A stretch of 63,641 nucleotides of DNA, filler included, from Chiloscyllium plagiosum (lineage: Eukaryota): assembly GCF_004010195.1 (NCBI RefSeq). It is 5 parts of one record of this genome, joined end to end, with 100 filler letters (N's around TTAATTAATTAA, not from the genome) between each part and the next. Parts side by side here need not be neighbours in the genome. Positions count along the whole stretch, not along the records: positions 1 to 15,593 come from NC_057715.1; positions 15,694 to 36,363 come from NC_057715.1; 3 more parts are not named here. One strand, 5' to 3'. Positions 12,128 through 25,990 of this stretch are shown here, in pieces; within the stretch, counting starts at the first letter, position 1; the number at the start of each line of letters is the position of its first letter. The notes beneath the pieces are model-generated. The model was not told the DNA's origin. It made no database searches and saw only the letters and a program-made list of their open reading frames with translations. The position numbers and the translations under genes were made by a program.

Positions 12128-12562
12128 TTAGTCATAGAGATGTACAACACGGAAACAGACCCTTCGGTCCAACCCGTCCATGCTGACCAGATATCCCAAC
12201 CCAATCTAGTCCCACCTGCCAGCACCCAGCCCATATCCCTCCAAACTCTTCCTATTCACATACCCATCCAAATGCCTTTTAAATGTTGCAATTGTACCAG
12301 CCTCCACCACATCCCCTATAGCTCAAATCCTCCAACCCTGGCAACATCCTTGTAAATCTTTTCTGAACCCTTTCAAGTTTCACAACATCTTTCCGATAGG
12401 AAGGAGACCAGAATTGCACGCAATATTCCAATAGTGACCTAACCAATGTCTTGTACAGCCGCAACATGACCTCCCAACTCCTGTACTCAATACTCTGACC
12501 AATAAAGGAAAGCATACCAAACGCCTTCTTCACTATCTACCTGCACCTCTACTTTCAAGGAG
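12128..12562 (-). mobile_element. CR1/HER1-type LINE 3' fragment with internal deletion
   Basis: ORF 12279..12533 with LEYCVQFWSP and LERVQKRFTRMLPGL. Confidence 0.9.
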
Positions 12563-13306
12563 AGAAGAGAGGAGAGACAGAGAGAGCTCGAGATCCGGGA
12601 TGGTTTTGAATTTGATTTGCATTTTAGGAATTTCACATGAGTTCTTTTAAGGTTAAGGATCCATCAGTGACTATGAAATGAAATATTGACCCCTGTTCTT
12701 CTTACAAGCCATGACTGCCCTACTATCAGTTTCGAACTAATCACTTTCATGCTTACATGAAAGCCAATCTTATTTAATTTCAAATCAGTTTAATATGGAG
12801 GAAGACGACATTATAATCTATTTTTTTAAAAAGTCTTCTCCTTCGATTCTGCACCATTTAACATCAGTATAAACATGCTCTCAAATTCCCCATAATTTCA
12901 TGCTACTGCCAAAGATCATTTTTACCCCTCTTACCCCTACGTGTTCTACTAATGAAAGAATTGACTAGTAGCACTAACCCTGAGCCTCAGGTGCAGAATC
13001 ATTCTGTTCCAGGATGACAGCAGGTCTCTGCTCAATTTTAGTTATAATCTAAACCTGACATTGACATAAATCACTTCTGACTTTAACATCTGCTCATTGA
13101 GTGGAGGAATTGCATGAACCTTATTTAATTTTGTTAAATTTTATAAAACTGGAAGTATAAAGAGAGATCCAAAATATCCCAAACCGACAGCATTGTTTTC
13201 AGAAAATGAGAGATGAGGAGGAATTTCTTCTCTCAGAGAGTTGAGAGTTTTTGGAACTCCTTGTCACAGAGAGAGCTGTGGGGCAGAGGTCTTGTGTATG
13301 TTTAAG

Positions 13307-13309
<3 letters not shown>

Positions 13310-13355
<46 letters not shown>
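13310..13355 (+). repeat. (GA)n microsatellite
   Basis: Pure dinucleotide run. Confidence 0.95.
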
Positions 13356-13359
<4 letters not shown>

Positions 13360-13428
13360 TCATCAGTCGAGGAATCAAGGGTTACAGGGAAGGGGCTGGA
13401 AAGCAAGTGTGAGGAATTTTTTTTTAAA

Positions 13429-13738
13429 GATTAGATTACATTACAGTGTGGAAACAGGCCCTTCGGCCCAACAAGTCCACACCGACCCGCCGAAGCACAA
13501 CCCACCCATACCCCTACATTTGCCCCTTACCTAACACTAGGGCAATTTAGCATGGCCAATTCACCTGACCTGCACATCTTTGGAATGTGGGAGGAAACCG
13601 GAGCACCTGGAGGAAACCCACCAGACACGGGGAGAATGTGCAAACTCCACACAGTCAGTCGCCTGAGGCGGGAATTGAACCCGGGTCTCAGGCGCCGTGA
13701 GGCAGCAGTGCTAACCACTGTGCCACCGTGCCGCCCAC
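13429..13738 (-). mobile_element. Young HE1/V-SINE copy
   Basis: Near-identical to the copies at 1560-1869 and 6074-6387. Confidence 0.9.
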
Positions 13739-14099
13739 TCCAACATGCCGCCATGTTGGATCAACCATGATTGAATTGAATGGAGGAGTAGGCTCGAGGG
13801 GCCAAATGGCCTACTCCTGTTCCTGTTTGTTATGGGCTTATTAATGTCATTCAGGGAAGGAAATCTGCCATCCTTACATGCTGTGCTGTAGATGTGTGAC
13901 TCCAGACCCACAGCGACGTGGCTGACTCCAACATGCTGCTGGCAATGACGCTCTAGTCAGTGACACCCAATTCCCACAAATTCAAACACATCTCAGATGG
14001 CGAACCCAGCACAAATTCAGAAATAAACATCTAAGAGCTCTATTTTAAGGTCAATATTTTTCAATCAACGTGCTCAGAGATGTTATTATACACCTCTGG

Positions 14100-14182
14100 G
14101 AACCTTTCCGCTCAGCGAGCAAACCTACATCCAGAACCTCAACCTGAGCTACAACCTGAGCTACAAATCTTCTCAAAACTCA
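14100..14182 (+). mobile_element. PLE terminal tail fragment (family of 62460-62535)
   Basis: CATCCAGAACCTCAACCTGAGCTACAAATCTTCTCAAAACTC shared with the end of the GIY-YIG PLE. Confidence 0.7.
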
Positions 14183-14378
14183 CCATTTACACTTTCCCTC
14201 TGTCTCTCTTTCTTTCTCTCCCACATTTACCCTTTCCATCTCTCTCTCCCTCTATCTTTCACATATTAACACTTGCCCCCTCTCTCTCACATTTACAAAC
14301 ATTCCCTTTCCCTCACACACTGAGCCTGTCTCATTCTTAATCCTAAATGATCAGACCGCTGATCTGTGATTTTTCTTA

Positions 14379-14675
<297 letters not shown>

Positions 14676-15304
14676 TTAATGATTCTGTCCTTTCCTGGGT
14701 CTGGTTGCAATGAAGCTCAACACAGACTGAAGGAACATCCCATTCTCCAATTAGTGCTTTACAGTCTCGGGGTCTCCAAACGGAATTTCAGAACTTCAGA
14801 ACGTGACCTCTTCCTCTGTTTTTCTTACACCATTTCCCCCTGTCCCCACCTCCCCTCCCTGCACTATCTTGTTTGTGTTTTGTTGACTTTGTTCTTTTGG
14901 TACAGAGCAGACCCTTTTTCTCCTTTTTGCACTTTCATTGACACTCATTTTACATCTCAATCGCTCCTTCACCACCATTAGCACTCACTTTTTCTTTGCT
15001 CTGGACACTCTCTGTTCATCTGTTCCACTCGCTCTTCCTCCTTCTCTGTCAACAGCTTCATATCTCTCTAGGTCTGGGGCTGGGAATTCTCCAGTGAGTA
15101 ACTCACCTCCTGACTCCCCAAAGCATGGCTACCAGCGACCAGGCACAAGTCAAGTGTATGAAGGAATACTTCCCATTTTCCTGGATGGGTGCGGCTCTAA
15201 CAACACTCGGGTGTGCGCATCAGTTTTACATTAAACACAGCAGCACTCTCTCCCACTGACTGTCCTCCAGATTACAAACATATAAGACTTCGACAGTCAC
15301 TCAC

Positions 15305-15398
15305 CATGCTGAATCGAACTTTGGCTGGAATCCTTGCAACCGAACAGAAGTTCGTTGGACTACAATCCACGCCGATGAAAGATGTATTCGCCCGCTTT
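15305..15398 (-). CDS. ATG16L2: ATG16L2-like coding exon (exon 9 equivalent), KRANTSFIGVDCSPTNFCSVARIPAKVRFSM
   Basis: 94 nt; ttcttccccgaacag acceptor and gtgagt donor; phase 2 to 0; CSVARIP resembles ATG16L2 CVAARLP. Confidence 0.85.
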
Positions 15399-15429
15399 CT
15401 GTTCGGGGAAGAAAAAATACACGTTCACA

Positions 15430-16180
15430 AACATACACACACATGGAGGCATGCACACAATGTGCACACAAAAACGTGTACAGACACGACAAACAAACTC
15501 ACACACAGACACAAACATACAAACATACAGACACACAAACATACAGACACAGAGACACACAACAGACAAACAAACATACAGAGACACACAAACNNNNNNN
15601 NNNNNNNNNNNNNNNNNNNNNNNNNNNNNNNNNNNNNTTAATTAATTAANNNNNNNNNNNNNNNNNNNNNNNNNNNNNNNNNNNNNNNNNNNNCCATACA
15701 GACACAAAGACATACAAACATACAGACACAGAGACACACAAACAGACAGACACAGAGACAGAGACAAATATACAGACACAGACATACATAAACAGACATA
15801 CAGACACAGAGACATGCAGACACAGACATGCAGACACAGAGACAGGCACATACAGGCACAGAGACACAGACATACAGACACACAAACATACACACAGACA
15901 AACACAAACATACAGACACATACAGATACAGAGACAGGCACAACCATACAGACACAGAGACACACAGACAGAGACACAGACATACAGAGACACAGACATA
16001 CAGAGACACAGACATACAGAGACACAGACACACAAACATAGACACAAACATACAGACACAGAGACAGACAAATGTAAAGACACAGACACACAAGCATACA
16101 GACACAGAGACACAGACATATAGACACAGTAGCATACACAAATAAACAGAGTCACAAGGAGAGACATTCATACATACAGA
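15430..16180 (+). repeat. CA/GA-rich compound microsatellite containing a gap
   Basis: Degenerate ACAGAC/ACATAC units. Confidence 0.9.
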
Positions 16181-16679
16181 TGTAAGAAAAATTGAATTCA
16201 GCTTGTCTCATTTGTGGGTAGAATTATATAAGAGAGACACAAAGTTTAACTAAGACAGGGAAGTGAGGGCATAAGCAACTAGAGCAGATAATACATTAAT
16301 AAATAAGTAAGATGGACGAATGAGCCCAGTCAGAAACATATAGTTTCCTTTGAAATGACAAATAAATTCATTTTCAGTAACATAGAGAGTGACACACAAT
16401 GTTGTTCAGTCACAGAGTGTGCTGTGAGTGTAAACACGGTCATGTTGAATGAGAAAACACAACAGGAATTGTTGGAATGTTTGTACTTTGAATCCTCAGC
16501 CTTCTCAGAGAATTCCCTTTCTAAAGACATTTCTTAAGGAGAAAGACTTGCATTTATATAGCACTTTTCACAACCATTGGACATCTCAATGTGCATTACA
16601 GGCAATGGCATTCAGTAAGAAATCACCTGGATTCAGAGAGTATTCGAATCAATTGGAAAAACATTAATGTGACACCCCT

Positions 16680-17130
16680 AAAACCATATGAAATAGAAAC
16701 AGGAGTAGACCATTCGGCCCCTTGGACCTGCTCTGACATTCCTTACATCCACTTTCCTGCCCTTTTCCCATATCCCTTGAACCAGTGACTGCTGAAGAAT
16801 CTCTCTCAGCCTTAAATATACAGACAGACTGTGCCCCCACAGCTCTCTGTGACAAGGAGTTCCAAAGACTCACAACCCTCAGATGAGAAATTCCTCCCCA
16901 TCTCAGACTGAAATCGGTGCCCCTTTATTCTGAGACTGTACCCTCTGGTCCTAGACCTTCCCATGAGGAGAAACATCCTCTCAGTATTGACCCACTCAAG
17001 CCCCTTGAGAATCCTGGATGTTTCAATGAGATCACCCCTCATTCTTCTAAACTGCAGGGAATAGGGTCCCACCCTGTTCAGCCTTTGTTCATAAGACAAT
17101 CCATCCCATCCCAGGGACCATCCTCGTGAA
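16680..17130 (-). mobile_element. CR1-type LINE 3' fragment
   Basis: ORF 16812..17099 with RRMRGDLIET and SRTRG. Confidence 0.85.
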
Positions 17131-17149
17131 CTGCATCCAATAAGGAATG

Positions 17150-18620
17150 TTCAAGAAGAGAAGGAGATAGAAAGCAGAAAACTGTAAGCCAATTAGCCTA
17201 ACAGTGTTTTTCTCAGAGTTCATTGTGAAGGGGAAAAAAAGATGTTTAGAAAAAATAATGTAATTAAACAGAGATTTTGTGAAAATGAAACCTTGTTGAC
17301 TAATTTATTCAAGTTTTTTGAGGATAGAAGCAGCACAGTTGATAAAGGGGAACTGATAGGCATCATGTGTTTGGATTTCAAGAAGGGTATGTAGAAGGTG
17401 CCAAATAAAAGGTTATTGCTCAGATGAAGAGCTCACAGTCGTGAGGGTGACGTATGAACATAGATTGAGGATTAAGTTAAGACACAGAAGTTAGAGTCAG
17501 AACTTTTCAGGTTGAAAATGTGCAATAAATGGAGCCCTACAAAGATGAGTTGCAAAACCTCAAACATTTACCATCTCTATGAGCTGAAGGAGGGGACACA
17601 GGCAAAGTTTGCATCAAATTCTCCAATTATACAAAAATAGGGAGAATATATGCTGTGATAAGGATGTAAGGAATCTGTAAAGGGATGTAGATACATTGAG
17701 TGAATGGGCAGAATCTTGTCAGATGGAGATTAGTGTAGAAAAATGTGAGTTTTGTTGGAAGAATTAAATGGAAAACTTTTGTTTAAATGGAAAGAGACTT
17801 TTAAAAAATGCAGCACGGGAAATGTGGGTGATCTTGTGGATGAAACATGCAGGTGCAGCAAGTAATTCAGAACACAATTGGAAATGTGGCCTTATGACTA
17901 GGGGTTGGAGTTTAAAAATAGAGAAGTCTTGTTACAACTGTACAAGGTGTTAGTGAGACTACACTTGGACTACCTCAGATTACAACAGGATCTGGATCAG
18001 ATGGGCCAATGGGCTGAGAAGTGGCAGATGGAGTTTAATTCAGATAAATGCGAAGTGGTGCATTTTGGGAAAGCAAATCTTAGCAGGACTTATACACTTA
18101 ATGGTAAGGTCCTAGGGAGTGTTGCTGAACAAAGAGACCTTGGAGTTCAGGTTCATAGCTCCTTGAAAGTGGANNNNNNNNNNNNNNNNNNNNNNNNNNN
18201 NNNNNNNNNNNNNNNNNNNNNNNNNNNNNNNNNNNNNNNNNNNNNNNNNNNNNNNNNNNNNNNNNNNNNNNNNNNNNNNNNNNNNNNNNNNNNNNNNNNN
18301 NNNNNNNNNNNNNNNNNNNNNNNNNNNNNNNNNNNNNNNNNNNNNNNNNNNNNNNNNNNNNNNNNNNNNNNNNNNNNNNNNNNNNNNNNNNNNNNNNNNN
18401 NNNNNNNNNNNNNNNNNNNNNNNNNNNNGATGTGGTGGAGGCTGGTACAATTGCAACATTTAAGAGGCATTTGGATGGGTGTGTGAATAGGAAGGGTTTG
18501 GAGGGATATGGGCCGGGTGCTGGCAGGTGGGACTGGATTGAGTTGGGATATCTGGTCGGCATGGACGGGTTGGACTGAAGGGTCTGTTTCCGTGCTGTAC
18601 ATCTCTCTGACTCTATGAGT
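17150..18620 (+). mobile_element. Old CR1 fragment with a younger CR1 inserted (about 17966-18620)
   Basis: LQQDLD...WQMEFN...KCEV motifs and ctctatga tail. Confidence 0.8.
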
Positions 18621-18654
18621 ACTGTGTACAGTCTTGGTACTGATAATTAAGAAA

Positions 18655-18845
18655 ATCAGAAGTCACATGACACCAGGTTACAGTCCAACAGGTTTATTTG
18701 ATGGTGAATTGTACTGAAGTCACTTGACAAAAGAGCAGCGCTCCAAAAACTTGTGATTTTAAATAAACCTGTTGGACTATAACCTGGTGTCGTGTGACTT
18801 CTGACTTTGTCCACTCCAGTCCAACACTGGCACCTCCACATCATG
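18655..18845. mobile_element. PLE family B palindromic terminal insertion with a decayed hammerhead
   Basis: Inverted arms CACCAGGTTACAGTCCAACAGGTTTATT; right arm carries the tail. Confidence 0.75.
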
Positions 18846-19584
18846 TTTAAGAAAGAACATACTGGCATTGGAGGCTGCTCAAAAAATATTCACTAGGGCT
18901 GATCCCTGGGATGAAAGGGTTTATCGAACGACCATTCGACATTTAGATTGGCAAGGGTAGCAATGAGTAAGAATTCATGGAGTGTATTTTGGACAATCTC
19001 CTAGAAAGAACAGTTGTCGACCCGGTGAGTGGGGATAAGGTATCCTTGTTCAGCTTGGCAATCTGTAATCAGTGGGGTTCCACAAGGATCAGCGCTAGGA
19101 TCACAATTGCTTACAACAAACATTAATGACTTGGAGGAGCCACATTTACAGACGCCACACAAATAGATGGACAAGCAAGTTGTGAGAGGGATGCAAACAA
19201 TTTACAGAGACACATTGACAGATTAAATAAATGGAGTATAATATGGGAAAATATGAAGTTGTTAATTTTGGAACAGAGAACAAAAGAACAGTACTATTTA
19301 AATGGAGAAAAAATCTGCAGAAAAATGCAACACAGAGGGACTTGGGATATTTGCATAAACCACAGAAAACTAGCACACTGGGGAAGGAGGGAATTGGGAA
19401 GGGTAATGGAACGTTGTCCCTTACTTTAAGGAGGTCGGAGTGTAAGAGTGGGGAAGTCTTACTGCATTTGTACAAGCTGCTGGACAGGTCACATCGGGAG
19501 CACTGTGAGCAGTTTGGGTTCCCTTATTTATCATTCCATCGGAAGCAGTTCAGAGAAGGTTCCCTAGTGTGACACCTGGAATGG

Positions 19585-20204
19585 ATGATGTGGAGGAGCC
19601 AGTGTTGGACTGGGATGGACAAGGTTAAAATCGCACAACACCAGGTTATAGTCCAACAGGTTTATTTGGAAGTACAGGCTTTCAGAGCACTGTTCCATCA
19701 CCAGGTAGCTGTGGAGTAGGATTTATAAGACACAGAATTTATAGCAAAAGATCACAGTGTTATGCAACTGATATATATTGTACAAATCATAGATTGCGGT
19801 TAAGTCTTTCATCTTTGAGAACAGGTTGCAGGTTTCGTTTCATTAATGCATAAATCCCAGAACTTATTTCAAGTCACATTCCTAAGACAACTTAAGATTT
19901 TATAAAAAAAAGGTGACATCTTAGCTCAGACAATGCAATCAAGGTGTGAGGTTAGAGTCTGCCTGTATTCCAATCTGGAGTCAGATTGAACCATATTAAT
20001 GAATTGAAACCTGCAACCCATTCTAAAAGATGAAATACCTAACAGCAATCTAGGTTTGTTCAATATCTCATATCAGTTGCATGACGCTGTGATCTTTTGC
20101 TATAAATTCCGATCCGAAACCCACGAGTGACTTGAGGTGCTCCGAAAGCTAGTACCTTCAAATAAACCTGTTGGACTTTAACCTGGAGTTGTGTGATTTT
20201 TAAC
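19585..20204. mobile_element. PLE family B inverted pair inserted in a CR1 fragment
   Basis: Arms of roughly 210-250 bp in inverted orientation; left arm has the tail, right arm stops at GATTTTTAAC. Confidence 0.8.
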
Positions 20205-21189
20205 CCTGGTATGGGGAGGGATTGTCTTACGAGCAAAGGTTAAACAGGTTGGGATTCTACTCCCTGGAATTTAGAAGAATGAGAGGGGATCTCACCAAAA
20301 CACATGGGATTCTTAAAATGGCTTTAAGACTGAGATAGGATGGAATTGGAACTCCTTGTCACAGAGAGCTGTGGGGGCAGAGTCCTTGGGTATATTTAAG
20401 GCTTAAACAGATTCTTGATCGGTCATGGAATCAAGGGTTATGGGGAAAGGAAAGAAAGTGGATGTGAGGAATATTGGATCATCCATGATCCTATTGAATA
20501 GCGGACCAGACTTGAGGGGCCGAATGGCCTACACCTGTTCCTATTTCTTATGGATCCAACCAGTGATGAGACTATTTTGAACCTGATTATTGTGAAATGA
20601 AGCAGGTTTATTAAGTGATTGCAGCGACAGCGATGACCCAGTGGAATTAAATCGCTGGATGATAAATCCAGTGACTCAAGTAATATTTTGGCAACCTGGG
20701 TTCAAATCCCACCATGTCAGATGGTGCAATTTGAATTCAACTAAAATCTTGAATTTTGAGTCTAACGATGACTGTGACACCAGTGCCAACTGTGGGGAGA
20801 AACACCTCTGGTTCACTATTGTTCTTTAGTGAAGGAAATCAGCTGTCCTTACCTGGTCTGGCCCACGTGAGACAGTATACCCAAAGAAATGTGACCTCCT
20901 TTGGGCAATAAATGCTCACTTATCCAGCAGATTTTTTAAAAACTACAGAGATAGTGGATGCACTGGTAGATGTTTTAAAAACTGTCTTTATTTTAAAAGG
21001 GAAGAAGACATTGGAGATATGTAAGTGACTGCCTCACATGCACATGGATAGCAGTGCATTGAGGGGTGCGTCGGCTAAGTTATTATATTTTACATTAGGA
21101 TTAAATCTCGGCACAACATAGTGGGCCAAAGGGCCTGTTCTGTGCTGTGCTTTTCTATGTTCTAAAAGGCCAGTTAACGTCTTAACTTG

Positions 21190-21680
21190 AAAGGGTTCAG
21201 AAAAGGTTAACAAGGATGTTGCCAGGGTTGGAGGATTTGAGCTACAGGGAGAGGCTGAACAAGCTGGGGCTGTTTTCCCTGGAGCGTCAGAGGCCGAGGG
21301 GTGACATTACACAGGTTTATAAAATCATGAGGGGCCTGGATAGAGTGAACAGCCAAGTTCTTTTTCCCAGGGTCAGGGGAGTCCAAAACTAGAGGGCATA
21401 GGTTGAAGGTGAGAGGGGAAAGATTTAAAAGGGACCTAAGGGACAATATTTTCACACAGAGGATGGTACGTGTATGGAATGAGCTGCCAGAGGAAGTGGG
21501 GGAGGCTGGTACAATTACAACATTTAAAAGGCATCTGCATGGGGACAGGAATAGAAAGGGTTTAGAACGATATGGGCCAAGTGCTGGCAAATGGGACTAG
21601 GTCAGATTGGGATGTCTAATCGACATAGATGAGTGGGACAAAAGGATCTGCTTCTGTGCTGTGTGGATTCGACCCTATGT
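21190..21680 (+). mobile_element. CR1/HER1-type LINE 3' fragment
   Basis: Same family as 60832-61555. Confidence 0.9.
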
Positions 21681-22616
21681 CTGTTATGGGAAAAAATGTT
21701 AGTTAATCAGTTAAAAAGGTTATAACGGCAGAGCATTTAAATATACACAATACAATCAAGCAGAGGCTTCATGATGGGGAAATGATGGCTTATCAAACAG
21801 TTCCAATAAATTTAGGAGTAACAAGCAGGGTAGAGAGAAGGAAACAGAAGTTGGGATTTAGCTGTTGTGTAGGAGTCAGTTTCACAGCCGTTATGATTTA
21901 AGTTAACCCCCAGGAGCTGGTCAGCACACTTCGAGGCAGGTTCCTGCCTGGACAAGCAACAAAACAAAAACATGCACTTCCAGGCAGTGAGACATCCCAA
22001 GACAATTTTCTCTGAGCGTTTATCAAAGAATAATAATTTGACACTGAGTTACATAAGGAGCTATTAGGGCATGGGGCCAATAGCGAGATTGCAAACCCTG
22101 CCCGGGCTATGTGCTGTCTTTGCTGGTCTGAGCAAGTGGCTTTATTGAATGATGACTGCAACAGAAAAAGTCCATTTGGCCCCTCATGCCCATGCTAGCC
22201 CATTGAAATTACTTCTGTTTTCCAATATTTTTCCTTCAAACGTTTTCCTTAAATTTATTCATTCTCAGGACATGGGTGACCCTGGCTGGCCCAGCCATTT
22301 TGCCCCCATCCTGAATTATCCTGCGGAAAGTGGACCGTAAGCATCACATCTCGAAGTTGGCTTTTGAAACTTGTGATTGAATCTGCTTCCATTGCCCTTT
22401 CAGGCCTTGAGTTCCAGATCACAATCCACTGCAGAACCATCAGCTGACCCCCACTTCTTTGGCCAAACACCTGTCTCCTCCTCCACTCCCCCTCCCCTAA
22501 TCCTGGATTTCCACCACCAAAGCTCTTCATGATTTTAAAAACTGACAACGTCACCTTAACTGTTCTCTCTACAAAAGCAATCTCCAGTCTATAGATTTAT
22601 TGTTTTTACATCAGTT

Positions 22617-22715
22617 CAGAGATGTGATGACAAACCTCTGCAGTAGGTGGGAGTCAAACCCAGGTCTCCCCAGCCAGAGGCTGGGACACTACCCATTGTG
22701 CCACAAGAACCCCTC
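22617..22715 (-). mobile_element. Short tRNA-derived SINE (other copies near 545-620, 22868-22975, 38270-38365, 43610-43670)
   Basis: About 100-bp repeat with A/B-box-like motifs and shared end CATCTCTGAAC. Confidence 0.6.
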
Positions 22716-22987
22716 ATCCATATCACAGATCCTTTTCCCCCCTCCCCAAACTCATAAATCCCTTCTGCATCTTCTCCAAGTCTTTGGCTGTTAATTATAA
22801 CATTGTTGGCATTGTTGAGATAGACAGTTGAATGGCATCGTTTCATTAATTGTTTACAAAGACAGAAGGGACACTTGTTGTACAGTGGTAGTCCCCCTAT
22901 CTGTGAGCCAGGACGATGAGGTTCAAGCCCACCGACTCCAAAGATGTGTCATAAGATCTGCAAACAGGTTGTTTAGGAAATATATAT

Positions 22988-23075
22988 AGACAGAGAGACA
23001 GAGACTGAGACACAGACAGAGACAGACAGAGACAGAGACAGACAGAGACAGACAGAGACAGACAGAGAGAGAGAC
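22988..23075 (+). repeat. (GACA/GAGA)n microsatellite
   Basis: Simple repeat. Confidence 0.9.
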
Positions 23076-23469
23076 TGCTGGATGGCCTGAGAGCAAGGGA
23101 AAATGGAAGAAATGGATGTAGTTACACATATTGCTGCATTCCATCACTAACTATAGTATCAAGAAAAGTGTCAGTATCTAGTTTCAGACTCAAGCAGATT
23201 GTAATCAAAATTATATGGTTATCTTTCTTAGAATGTGGTACACAGAACTGGATTCAGTATTCAGATTGGAATTGAACCACTAATACATAAAGTTTTAGCA
23301 CATGCTATACCTCTACTTAGAAACACAGAAAAAAGGAGAAGGAGTAGGCCAATTGGCCCTTTGAGCCTGCTCTGGCATTCAATATGGTCATGGCTGATCA
23401 TCCAACTCAGTCCCCCGTTCCCACACTTGCCCCATACCCTATGATCCTTTAAGCCCTAAACGCCTTCTT

Positions 23470-23800
23470 GAAAATGGCTCAGTGGTTAATACTGCTGCCT
23501 CATAGCACCAAGGACCCGGGTTCGATTCCAGACTCTGTTGGTGTGGAGTTTGCACATCCTCCCCCTAGTTGTGAGAGTTTCCTCCAGGTGCTCTGGTTTC
23601 CTCCTACAACCCAAAGCTGTGCAGGTCAGAGTGGATTGGCCATGCTAAATTGCCCATATGGTGTTCAGAGATGTGCAGGCTACGTAGGTTAGCCATAGTA
23701 AATGCAAGGTTATAGGATAGGGGGTGAGATGCTCTTCAGAGGGTTGGCGTGGACTTGATGGGTCAAATGGCCTGTTTCCACACTGTAGGGATTCTATAGA
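23470..23800 (+). mobile_element. HE1/V-SINE (further copies near 25150-25380 +, 30020-30370 -, 31198-31505 -, 42898-43203 +, 45872-46075 -, 46986-47345 +)
   Basis: tRNA head, V core and CR1-like tail. Confidence 0.85.
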
Positions 23801-25783
23801 AAACATTCAATGTTTTGGCCTCAACTACTTTCTGTGGTAGAGAATTCCGAAACCTCCCTCAGTGTAGAAATGTCTCCTCAAAATGAAGCCCAAGACACTG
23901 TCTGTATTTTTAAACATCCTTCCCCAGGTTGACCTTCCAGCTTTGAGCACATGCACCAGACCTCCACTCTGTCTGTCTGTCTGTCTCTGTCTCTCTCAAT
24001 AGTTCCACTGTAACTCGGACTGCCTCTACTCCTCCTTGCCACCAAAGTGCATCATTTTATTCCAGAGACAGCAGCGTGAACAGTCTCCTTCAGAGAGAGA
24101 GATGGGAACGATTCATTAATTCCACACAGATTTCCATTCCAGACGTTGACCCTTTTGGAAGTTGTGTTTGGGTAGGAATTAGATGCGGGTTGGGTTGGGT
24201 TTATCCATCAGGCCTCTGGCGTCAAGTAGCAGAACCGACAGACTGCCCACCGGTCAAGGGAACAGAGGTCAGCTGTGGAATTAAAGAGTGGCCAAAGGGG
24301 ATTTCTAAAGAGGTCACACTTGACCAATGTTTGTGTTACCTCTTTGAGGAAGTCAATGAGCATTGAGAAGGGTGACATAGTAGAAGTAATATACTTAGAT
24401 TTTCAAAAGGCCATTGATAAAGGGACGGTATAACAGATACATGGCAAAGATAAAAAACGTGGATGCATGGGACAAGCATCAGAATTGGATAATAAGTTGA
24501 TTACAAACCAGAAAACACAGCATCAAGGTCACAATTCCAGGCAACTAGAACTGCAACGTAGAGAGGCTGAATTTGTACAAAATCTTTGCCAGACAACAGT
24601 TGGAGTAACGCGCACAACCTTGTGGTCTTCAAATCACCAAAAAGATATACAGACACTGGAGAAGATTCAAAAGCAATTTAGAAATTTGCCAGAACGGAGA
24701 GGTTCCAAACATCAGGAAAGGTAGAACAAGAAGTGGTTTTAGTCTCTTCAAAAAGAGATGGATGTCGTCAAGACCGTGAAGGGTTTGATCAGATCGATAT
24801 TCAGAGGAGAGTCAGAAACTAGGTGTGCTGAAAATAAGACAGTCACTGATAGATCCAAGAGAAATCGCTTTGTTTGGAGAGTGGTGAGAACGTGGAGCTC
24901 ACTATTATAGGGAATGTTTGAGTTGAATAGTGGAGATATATTTGAGGGGAAATTAAATATGTACACAGCAGAGAAAGGAGGAGAAGGAAATGGTAATAGA
25001 ATGAGATGAAGAAGGTAGAAGGAGGATCATAACCAGCAGAACATCTGGTCCAGACCACTTGGCCAAATAGCCATTTATGAGGTGTAAATGCAGTGTGATA
25101 GCTCAGCGCAAGTCAAATCTTTATACAGACACTTGAGGATGGCACTTTAGGGTGGCATGGTGCCCAGTGTTAGCATTCTGCCTAACAGCGCCAGGTTTGA
25201 TTCCAGCCTCAGGTGACTGTCTGTGTGGAGTTTGCGCATTCCCCCTGTGTCTGTGTGCAGGTTAGGTGGATTGGCCATGGGAAATGCAGGGTTACAGAGA
25301 TGGGTTTGGGTTTAGGTGGGATACTCTTCAGAGGTCGGTGTGGACTTGATGGGCTGAATGGCCTAATTCCACAATGATTCTAAGGTTTTGTACCTGTATT
25401 CCTGAGATGGTACCAGGATTGGCTACTTTTCACAGTACTCCTGTACTTGAGTAAACATGACAATAAACCCAGTCCTAATTCTAGTGATTCTATGATGGAG
25501 AGAGTTTCAGGTTATGTCACAAGTTGCAGTGGAAGATGGCCGAAGGCAAGGTATAAAACTTGGAGTTTGATGGATTAACATCATGAACAACTTCACAACT
25601 GCACTCACACCCAGTTCCAAGTGTCCCAGTTATCACAGACACAGTTGAACAACTGCCATCTACCCTGTGTTCCACCCTGACCCATAAAGCAGATGGTGCA
25701 GTAAGCAGAACAGAGCGACAGATAGATTAGAAAACTAGGAGCCAGCTGCCCAGGAGCTTTCAATACGGCAAAACACAACTTAC

Positions 25784-25846
25784 CTGAAGAGCTCTTTAAA
25801 GGACTGGAAGAGTCTGGGGTGGGGTGGGAGGCTTAAAGAGCTTGAC
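25784..25846 (-). CDS. ATG16L2: ATG16L2-like linker exon (exon 8 equivalent), SSSLSLPPHPRLFQSFKELF(R)
   Basis: 63 nt; T-rich acceptor ttttatttag and gtaagt donor; phase 2 to 2; same size as the alternatively spliced 21-aa exon 8 recalled for mammalian ATG16L2. Confidence 0.82.
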
Positions 25847-25990
25847 CTAAATAAAAACAAAACAAAAGGAAGGTTTGCAGCCGATGGTTGGCGGTTTTAG
25901 TGATGGAGTCTCAAGCTTTGAGGAGGATGAACAGTCAAATTCATCCAGCAAGGAGTTCCACCTGGCAACCAATTGAAAAGATCCAACCTT

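Noticed and set aside
15638..15649. TTAATTAATTAA islands inside N-runs (also 36408-36419, 50272-50283, 60776-60787)
   Set aside because: Identical 12-mer centred in gaps of about 100 bp, with stops in all frames; an assembly spacer, not biology.
15360..16171. Long Cys/Val/Leu or Thr/Gln/His-rich ORFs
   Set aside because: Translations of a CA/GA microsatellite spanning a gap.
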